Origin: Octopus bimaculoides
Taxonomy: Eukaryota
Length of the DNA: 64,000 nucleotides
Assembly: GCF_001194135.2 (NCBI RefSeq)
Contig: NC_068988.1
Span: forward strand, 26,003,094 to 26,067,093
Direction of reading: 5' to 3'
The notes under the pieces were generated by a model. That model searched no databases. It was given only the letters and a program-made list of their open reading frames with translations, and was not told the DNA's origin. Made by a program: the position numbers and the translations under genes. Position 1 is the first letter of the stretch, and each line of letters begins with the position of its first letter. Of the stretch, positions 54,230 to 64,000 are shown one piece after another.

Positions 54230-56156
54230 ACATGGATAAATCTTTATTTCATCAGAAGTTAAATATATTTGAGTTGAGTTTATTATGTCGCTGTTGGAAT
54301 ATATAGAGAGAAATACATTAAATCTGACTTTGTTTAAAATCTAAAGTTATTGATTCACTTTTCTACATAGCTTATATACTGTGGGATTGTTAATAGGCAA
54401 TATTTTTCGAGATTTTTAAGAACTTTACAAAGCAATGTTATTTAATGTAATATCCGTATGTATTCCGGAAGAAACGTACTTCAATTTAGTATATTATATG
54501 AGAATGACAGATTCGTACCTTTTCCACATTAGAATCCTGTCACATTGAATGTAATATTTTATATCATACACGACAATATTTTAGAAAGAAGCAAATATTT
54601 AAACATATCATAAAGAATAAATGCATATTTAACAAACTGTATATTCAAATCAAATTTGTTTTATGAAACTTTTGCAATAATAACACTGTAACTGTAATAT
54701 CTTAAAAATTGAATGGAGAATACAAAAATCCCTGCTAATCATCTACGAATATTTATATATATTTCATGGCTTGATACTGGCTTATATAACTGTGAACGTT
54801 CAAATTGTTCTATTTAAATGTCAGACGTCGTCATATTGCCGCCAGATTAACTAAAGTTTAAAACAACAACCTGCCAATTATTAATGCCTCTAACGATATA
54901 AAAAGAAAAGACGTATTTATCAAATACGATTTCTGTATTACAATTATAATCTCTTTATTTGCTCTTCGTCCAATCTCACTCATTCATATTGTGTGTGTGT
55001 GTGGTAGGTGCATACATCCATGTAAGTATGTGTATATATATATATATATATATATANNNNNNNNNNNNNNNNNNNNNNNNNNNNNNNNNNNNNNNNNNNN
55101 NNNNNNNNNNNNNNNNNNNNNNNNNNNNNNNNNNNNNNNNNNNNNNNNNNNNNNNNNNNNNNNNNNNNNNNNNNNNNNNNNNNNNNNNNNNNNNNNNNNN
55201 NNNNNNNNNNNNNNNNNNNNNNNNNNNNNNNNNNNNNNNNNTGTGTGTGTGTGTGTGTGTATACATACACACATTTATGACTGAATGTGCGCTTGTGTAA
55301 AGATAAACTTTGCATACAATCTGAGAATTTTTCTGTAATGCAAAATGAAATAACGAGAATAACAGCAATACGATTTTTTTTTTTAGAGCGATTAATTAGG
55401 TAAAAGTCAATGACACAAAAATAATAATGTCTGACTACATCTGAATAAATATTCTATCTTCGCTACCTAGACACTACACAGCATATAATTTCTGCAAGTT
55501 AATTAGTCACCAGTGAGCAGGGAAGCCTGCATGGGTAGTTACATTATATTTCTAGTTCACAATACAATTTCTACGGTGGCTTGCAATTTTAATTAATCTT
55601 TCTCGCGAAATATTTTTCATTTCTATTTAACACTCGCGCCAATTCGCTTGACATGCTACGCCATTTTCAGAACCTTATGTAGAATAACTGCTCATGTTCA
55701 TTGCCATAGCATCAATTTTCCGTTATTCGTTTTTTGTTCGTAAACCGTTTGCAAGCGTCTGTTCGATAGCACGGCTATTTACTTACAACATATACCGTTC
55801 TCTACGACAAAAAACGGGCGTGTTATGTGGTGGAATACAAAATACACATCGTCCGGTGAAGACCTGACTTCAGCAGTAGATATGTTATTCCTAAGTAATT
55901 AAATTTTGTTTTAGTATATTGCTGAAACATAGATAATATACCAACTCCAAATTACTCACATGATGATACTATTGAAAAGTTATGATGATGATCATGAATA
56001 TTATACAGTGTTGATAAATATGTTGTTCAATGGCATCGAACTGAGAGAGCCCCACTTCGGAATTCACTTGTTTTCAAACCCATTTACATTTCTGCCTGAT
56101 GCTTACATTATATATGCATGTATAGGAGACAGAATATGTAAATAAAATTGATGCAT

Positions 56157-56244
56157 AATTGATTTACATCAATTATCATCTATTAATTCATTACGAAAAG
56201 ACATAATTACAGAATTAATAAATGATAATTGATGTAAATCAATT
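56157..56244. repeat. Inverted repeat, 33-bp arms (32/33 matched), 22-nt spacer
   Basis: AATTGATTTACATCAATTATCATCTATTAATTC / GAATTAATAAATGATAATTGATGTAAATCAATT. Confidence 0.95.
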
Positions 56245-56434
56245 GTATCTCCATTTTCTGCTTTCCTTGAATATTGTTCCTTGAATTTTGTTAGACTCTT
56301 ATGTGTAGCTAAGGAACGTGGCTACACACAAGACAGAACATACCAGAAAGACATGTCAGTTACTCCTCGGCAATTTTTTATAAATTCCTAAATATATCTC
56401 CTTTGGTGTATATATATATATATATATATATATA

Positions 56435-56575
56435 TGGGAGAATATACGAAAAAACAACAACAGGCGAGGACAGGTGGTGTAAATAACAAAAGGATGTATT
56501 AGTATGACGCTCGGGAATACGGAAAGTCTTTGACGTTTCAAGCTACGCTCTTCAACAGAAAGAATACGGAGACAA
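56435..56575 (-). mobile_element. Penelope-like element terminal segment (family P1) between two (TA)n runs
   Basis: Reverse complement matches the 10440 and 50530 tails. Confidence 0.7.
56527..56563 (-). ncRNA. Best-preserved P1 minimal type-I hammerhead motif (A6>U)
   Basis: Minus strand: TCTTT-CTGTTGA-A-GAGC gta GCTT-GAAAC-GTC-AAAGA. 5-bp stem I and a GUC site. Confidence 0.65.
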
Positions 56576-57204
56576 ATATATATATATATACTACCAAACA
56601 AACATGATTTTTATTTAACTCATAATACATTTTGTAGTCCCGTTCTAAATACTTTCTTAAATACTTTCTTGTAAACTATTTTTGACATTTTCTCATTATT
56701 ATCAAAGAATGTATATCTGTATTTTAATACTTTTGTGGCAACCAGTACTTAACACAATAAAGCNNNNNNNNNNNNNNNNNNNNNNNNNNNNNNNNNNNNN
56801 NNNNNNNNNNNNNNNNNNNNNNNNNNNNNNNNNNNNNNNNNNNNNNNNNNNNNNNNNNNNNNNNNNNNNNNNNNNNNNNNNNNNNNNNNNNNNNNNNNNN
56901 NNNNNNNNNNNNNNNNNNNNNNNNNNNNNNNNNNNNNNNNNNNNNNNNNNNNNNNNNNNNNNNNNNNNNNNNNNNNNNNNNNNNNNNNNNNNNNNNNNNN
57001 NNNNNNNNNNNNNNNNNNNNNNNNNNNNNNNNNNNNNNNNNNNNNNNNNNNNNNNNNNNNNNNNNNNNNNNNNNNNNNNNNNNNNNNNNNNNNNNNNNNN
57101 NNNNNNTAGATATAGATATATAGATATATATATAATATATATATATATACATATAGAGAGAGAGAGATACATACATACATACATACATATGGATAGATAT
57201 ATTC

Positions 57205-57312
57205 TTTTAGTTATTTCAGTCATTTCACTGCGGTCATGTTGGAGCACCGCCTTTGGTCTGAACTCGGAACCATGTGGTTGGTAGGCAAGCTACTTACCAT
57301 ATGGCCACTCCT
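57205..57312 (-). mobile_element. Internally deleted SINE family B (head fused to tail)
   Basis: Tail GGAGCACCGCCTTT joins directly to head CTGAACTCGGAACCATGTGG; compare 40212-40597. Confidence 0.8.
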
Positions 57313-57777
57313 ATATATATTATATATATATTTTATATCATATATATATGTGCGCGTGTATGTGTGTTATGTCTGTTTGTGTGTGTATATATATATGTAT
57401 NNNNNNNNNNATGTATGCATGTATGTATGTATGTATGTAATGTATGTATGTATGTATGTATGTATGTATAAACTACCATATACAGAGGATGTTTGTTGTG
57501 GGAATATAAAGCCGGTCGAAGATAAATTAAGTTTTCGTTTAGAAAGAATAAACAAAACAAAACGGAGAGCGTGGAGAGTTGAGGAACTATCTAATCGTGT
57601 TGGTAATATTCTATTTAATTGTCTGTCAACACGAAGATGACGAACAAAGTTAATTTGAAGAAGAATCATTTTATTTTTAGAAGAATTTTTCATGTGCAAA
57701 CTTATATAAAAATAAATATTAGTTTATCAATATACTTCCTAAATATATCTGAGTATATGTTCTAAATTTTATATCTT

Positions 57778-57995
57778 TCACTTGCTTCACTCATTAGATT
57801 GCAGCCATGCTGGTGTAAAACCTTGAGGAATCTTAGTCCAATTAATCGATTCCAGCATTTCTTTTTTCTTTGTTCATTTTTTTTTTTACCCTGGTATGTA
57901 TTCTACCAGTCTGTTTTGCCGAACCGCTAACTAAACACACCAACACCGGTTATCAAGCGGTGGTGGGGAGCAAAAACTCACACAAATACTTTCTC
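57778..57995 (-). mobile_element. SINE family B 3' half
   Basis: GCAGCCATGCTGG...TTTTGCCGAACCGCTAA...CACCGGTTATCAAGCGGTGGTGGGG. Confidence 0.75.
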
Positions 57996-58599
57996 ATACA
58001 CACGCCCACACCCCATCACATACACACGCACACACACATAGACATATACATATATATATATATATATATATAGTACATTGTACTCTATCTAGTAAGAGAT
58101 AAATATTATTTAATAAACAATTTACTTTTTATTTGTTACTAATAGTTTCATGCGATGAGAACATGAAACTAACGAGTGTTTGAAAAGGTTAAATGAAAGC
58201 GCTCACACACTAGTCTAAATATTCTTTCCAAAAAACGTTAGTAGCATACATCTGATAACATTTTTTAAAAAATGATTGTTAAAAATATCACCTTTGCACT
58301 TCAAATACCGCATTAANNNNNNNNNNNNNNNNNNNNNNNNNNNNNNNNNNNNNNNNNNNNNNNNNNNNNNNNNNNNNNNNNNNNNNNNNNNNNNNNNNNN
58401 NNNNNNNNNNNNNNNNNNNNNNNNNNNNNNNNNNNNNNNNNNNNNNNNNNNNNNNNNNNNNNNNNNNNNNNNNNNNNNNNNNNNNNNNNNNNNNNNNNNN
58501 NNNNNNNNNNNNNNNNNNTATATATATATATATATATATATGTACTATATATCTCCGACAAGATCCTCCAAATCATACCTGTAAGTTTGTAGACTGCCT

Positions 58600-59150
58600 A
58601 GCAAATATAGAAGTTCTAACCAAACTGGAGTAATATATCTTGCAACACTAATAGCAAGTGTTGTTTCACAGGCACTGTCATAGGGTCACTGCTGTTCATA
58701 GTGGCCCTGTCATATATGCACTCAATTGCTTAGATAGCCACCCTTGCTGGCTATGCAGATGACAAAAATGTCTCTAAGAACATACAAAATCCCAGAACTA
58801 TTGCACATATGCAACGGGAGTTGGACGTAATAAACATGCGGGCTGAGGACAACAACATGCAGTTTAATGCAGGAAAATTCGAAACACTGCGCTACCAGAA
58901 CACAAAGCTGAACGACATGCAGACATGTTACTGTGACCCGGGAGAAATTGCCGTCTCTGAATTAAAATCAGTGCGTGACCTTGACATAGACATGAGGAAT
59001 GATGCAATTTGGTATTAAAATACAGACGGTTAGCTGGATGGATCCTCCGAACATTCAAAACAAAAGAAAAGGACGATCCTTTGAGAGAATGATGAACCTT
59101 TGTACGGTATACGTCCTCAGCCGCTTGGAATAATGCTCTCAACTATGGTC
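58600..59150 (+). mobile_element. CR1-like LINE RT fragment
   Basis: LLFIVAL...GYADDKNVSK...QRELDVINMRAEDNNMQFNAGKFETLRY...KSVRDLDIDM...GWILRTFK...YVLSRLE*CSQLWS. Confidence 0.85.
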
Positions 59151-62100
59151 ATCACATAATATAATATAATAATGCATGGGAAAAGAAAATGTTAAATAAG
59201 ATAGAGCAACTACGGAATCAGGCGAAATGATATAAATATAGAAGAGAGATGAGGGTATTGAATTTTTTTCCCGGGTGGAATTAAACTGATGCTGTTTGCG
59301 GTGTATAGAAGCAACTTATTTTGCGAAAAATTAATAAATGATTAATATAGAAAATGAAATAATTAATAACGTAATTGTATCACTCGTTCATGTCTAATCA
59401 CTTGTCTTAATAAACAGCATGCTCGATCGAAAATTATATATATATCAATATAATAGTAGATTCGATGCACTATAATCATAACCATTTATATATATTTGCG
59501 TCACTCATTATATTAGAGAAATTCACAAGAAACATTTATGTGACAGAATATTTAGCAATTTAGTTTTCCAAATAATGATAAACAACAGAGCAAAATCGAT
59601 TTATTCATGTAAGTTTTACGTTCATTCAGAAATATGAATTCGAGAGAGAGATGAATTTCATGCTGTGATCACCAGAGACATCTTTAAATTCGGGGAAAAT
59701 GAGAGCGAAATCGATTTTCCACTCGTTTTATCTAAAGCAAGTTACCGATTGACTCGTTGGCCGTGCGGTTATCATGGAATAATCAGAACGCTCTCTCTAA
59801 TAGTTTATGCTTTATATCTAAAATTCATATACATTACTGTTTACAAATTGTAAACTTTGGAATGCACTGATTCGATCTTCACCTATACCAAAAATCTCAT
59901 AAACTCTAATTTATTATCAATCCTGTTTTCAAAGGTCAGAGGAGAATCATGAATATGTTGGCTGATATATCATGTCGTTAAATGAATATACTTATATCTT
60001 GACAACAGCCAATAACAATGTTACCAGTACAACTAAACATCAGCATGACAGGCCATGGTAACAGTTATTCACAAACACATTATGCAGGCTACTGCAAGTG
60101 TTATCTTTCCTTTTCGTTAATACACATAGACACAAATTCGTACATCGAGTTCTGGCATTTTATAATTTAAATATCACGCTGAAACGAAAGAAGGCCACGG
60201 TTTGCGCTGCTTGAATTCATATGCGTTTCTCTATGAAGGTCGGCAGAAAACTTTATAGGCTGACTGAGATGTTCTCATGGAATGTGAGCAAATGAAGGTT
60301 ATTCTTCAACATAGTATAGTAACTCTCTGAGGTCTTCACACTTCTATTGCTGTTGCTGGACTTGAATTCTACTGAAGAATCTTTCATCATCCGTGTGTGT
60401 GTGTGTGCATGCGTGCGTGTGTGTGTGTGTGTGTGCGCGCGCGCGTGTGTGTGTGTGTGTGTGTGTATGTTCTGTGTAGGGATCAAATGGATGTGAAGTT
60501 TTAGTTACTCTCGGATTCCGCGGCGCTAATCCTGGATAAAACAGTTGGACTTTAAGTTCACAATCATTTGAGCACTACTATATGTTATGTATACTAAGCG
60601 GATGTTGACTTCACCCACTCTCTGTATATACACCGTATGTACAGTTGTATGCGTGCATATCTATGCGTATTCGTTTACTAATTGGCAGTGTTTTGATGTG
60701 ATATATGTGAAACTTGATACTAGCTTATATACATACAATGTAAAAATCAACAGAATCAACAAAACACCGAAAACACCGATGAATATTGAATGATCTGATC
60801 TATTTTAACGATTTATTTCTGTTTGTAATTGAACACAGATACAACTCGAAAATTCAATAATTGTGAACATTACCAACTCTCTATCGCTCATGTCTGCAGT
60901 AAACTGACATTTACCTCATTATTATTCAGTCAAGACTTCAGAACTCTCATTTGATTTATTTGTTTACTCTACAAACGTCTTTCATTATCCGCCGTATTTC
61001 ATTTATCACATTATATTCTTCATCGCGGGCTTTCTCGGAAAAAAAAAATTACATTTATGGAAATTATATCAACACTTTGAGATTGGTCTGCGACAGTTGC
61101 ACAAAGGAATTTTCTTTAAAAACTTGTTTAACAGAAATGTAAGCAAAAAACGATTTCCTTACAAATAATTATTCATTTAAACGTTTTTTGTCTCATTACT
61201 GTCCCATTTATTGTTTTTCATAGTTTTCATAATGCATGAATGAGATACTGCTTGGAGTAAATGGGTCAAATACACCACTCCATTCCCAAGGTATCTGACA
61301 CACAAAATAGTTGGTAATTAAAGGAAAACACTTAACATAGTATTGATTTTCTCTTCCAACATTTCGCTTCAATCCATTTGTTTTCTTGTCTTTTGGTTTA
61401 TTTTTCAGATCGAATACTTAAACATATGAATCTTTGAAATTTAAATTGTTATTTACTTACTCTTTGCAATAGGCGTCTCGCTAAATCTCTCAGTCACACA
61501 TAACTCCTCCCGCACAATGTATATGTGGGGAATGATAAAAATGTAATTAAAAAGTAGCAAATATATATTTTAATACTATTATCATATGGGGTTATTCATC
61601 GTCAATAGTCACATGATTGTACACATTAACAAAAAGTTTTAGATGAGGAAATAGAATGCCCTATGGAGCACAGATCATCGATTACTTTTTTCCAGTATTT
61701 CGACTTTCAGCTTTCTTCTGCCAAGTTGTGTTGTTCCTGAATGTAATCGATGGTTATGTAACTTAACTTCTTTCGATTTGGGTCGCTCGTCCAACGCTAC
61801 CCTGTTTTAACATATGGCATATAATCATTTAACAACTACAGTATAGGAAAACTTACTAAGAGATTTTGCTCCAGTGATTGAAATACACAGGACACATATA
61901 GCAACGAAGACTGGATTGTGTAGTTGTTAGAACAGAATATGCTTGAAAAAGATGTGGGCAATAAATGTTGGAGAAGTTCCTTGCTCACTAATTTTATATT
62001 CCTTAATGTGTTACGAATCCATGTTGCGCTGCAATCAAGTATTTACGGGGATAAAATAACTGTAAATACCATAACCACAGAAGTAAATTTTTCCATATGT

Positions 62101-63621
62101 TGTGGGCTTCGCATAAATTTCACAATAAATTAGTATGATTAATACGCACACAAAGATGAAGAAATTGTTGACAGGTAAATGTTTCACAGCTATCAACTAG
62201 AGGGCTTAGAATGAAAACGGAAACCAAGTTGGAGTTTCGATATCGCAACTGCTTGATTTTATTATTCATAAAAGCTGGTTGAGAAGCTGTGTCTTTGGCT
62301 ATGTTACAGACCTTCCAAGGGAGTTGAGATGGAAAGTAATTGATATCCTCAAACCAGAAACCGGGTTCAAATTCTTACAAATAATACATTCTGTTAAATA
62401 TATCCAATTTTCAAAATGGTGGCATAGACATAGAAGACAGAAGGCAAATAGTACCAGAACGTGTATCCCAAGATGTTCTTCCGATGCCCTTACAGCCCTA
62501 GATTGTTGCACACACATAATGCGCAAATTTGATTTTGACGATATTTGAACTCACAGAGTCAGGTAAAATAAAGGAACCATTTTCCCCATTATTCTCTCAA
62601 CTCGTCAAGTTTGTTTTCTTTTGTTCTTTTTTAATATAGATTATTTTCTTTATTCAGTCTACAAAATACAAATGGCAGTGCATTTGATCATGAATACGAA
62701 AAAAATATTGGTGGTAAACGTGTATTGACATAGCACTATGTGATTATATCCCTTTCTGTAATCAACGCACATACGGTTAAGGTGATTTTTATACCTGTTG
62801 TCTCGACAGGCAAAAAATATACCAGTGCTGTACTGGCATGGACTACGATGACTTCTTTTTTAATAAATGTATGTTATGCTGAAGTTAGAAATTAATATTT
62901 AAACCTTACATAAACTCTTTATAATCTCTCACTCGCAATTTTATTGTTATCAGAAACTGTTAATAATCAATTATCAATTTATATGGTAATATTTAACATC
63001 TGTTTCACCGCATTGTGTATGTTGGCTCAACTGTTAAATGGCATGTACATGCCTGATAGGTTCATCTGACGTAGTGTGACACAGCACAATAAGTGTGAGT
63101 AGTTGAATAGATAACAGTCTGGTTGTAAATGTATTCCATGAACCAAATAAATCTTGTAGTTTGTCCATTGCGATTCATGTTGCGAGGCATGACCCTTTTG
63201 CAAATTACTGCAATTGGTCAATATTTGCAATTCAGTAATAAGTGAATAGAAATGGGCCTAATGATTTCAAATCTATTGTATAAGTGTTATAACTGTGATA
63301 TGATATCACATTCAACAGATATATTAGGAACAGAGTATCGTGAGAGAGGTATAAAATGCAGTATCACTGAAATAATTGAATTAATATTCTATAATTTTCC
63401 AGATGCGTCATGATCGAATTAAGAATATTTCGTTTACCATAAGTTTGAACAGTTGTAATACATTTTAAAGTCAGACACAAAACTATCGGCGTTCCAAGGT
63501 AATTTTCAATGGATTCACGCAAAACAAACCTGCAAAGTGGGAAGGGTTATATATTTATATGAGCTGGTAGATATAGCAGCCACATCTCTCTCCGATCACT
63601 TATATATATATATATATATAT

Positions 63622-64000
63622 GGTTTCCGTCCAGGTAGAAGCTGCCTCACGCAGTTCCTGCAGAATTATGACTGGGTCCTGAAGCAGCTACTTGACCATT
63701 CAAATGTTGATGTGATATATCTCGACTTTGCAAAAGCCTTTGACAAAGTTGATCATGGCTTGATATGTCACAGGCTGCGAAACCTTGACATAGCTGGTAA
63801 ATTAGGAGAGTGGCTGCATGACTTTCTGAATGGTAGAAGTCAGACAGTTGCAGCCAATGGAGACCTATCTAGGGAAACACAAATATTGAGCGGTGTTCCA
63901 CAAGGAACTGTTCTGGGGCCACTACTGTTCATAGTGGCCCTTCTGGACATGCCCACGGTCACTCGGAGAGCCACTGTCACTAGCTATGCTGATGACACAA
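63622..64000 (+). mobile_element. CR1-like LINE RT, uninterrupted frame running off the window (5'-truncated)
   Basis: 126 codons without a stop: GFRPGRSCLTQ...VDVIYLDFAKAFDKVDH...SGVPQGTVLGPLLF...SYADDT. It has no ATG, so it is absent from the ORF track. Confidence 0.95.

Noticed and set aside
62279-62548. 89-aa ORF of ordinary composition
   Set aside because: No recognisable domain, TTG-type start, and no consistent splice signals.

Overview
Eukaryotic, very AT-rich draft-assembly DNA with many microsatellites and N-gaps; about 20 gaps, most inside (TA)n/(CA)n runs. The SINE families resemble those I associate with octopus/coleoid genomes, so the species call is inference. I found no host protein-coding gene, rRNA, true tRNA or CRISPR array. 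Nearly all ORF-track entries are translations of microsatellites or gaps. The window is a transposon graveyard. It holds RTE, CR1-like, Tx1/L1 and R4/Dong LINE fragments, with one CR1-like RT frame still open at the window end. It also holds Penelope-like element (PLE) pieces, four tRNA-headed SINE types, mariner/Tc1, Tigger-like and hAT remnants. Most notable: (1) five PLE-type minimal type-I hammerhead ribozyme motifs, three sharing a non-canonical CUGU(U/G)GA core; (2) an ~830 bp foldback element built from two 3' halves of a maT/rosa-type transposon; (3) LINE fragments abutting the microsatellites their clades are known to target; (4) SINE tail swapping; (5) several near-perfect palindromes. 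All family calls come from manual motif recognition; no database search was run.
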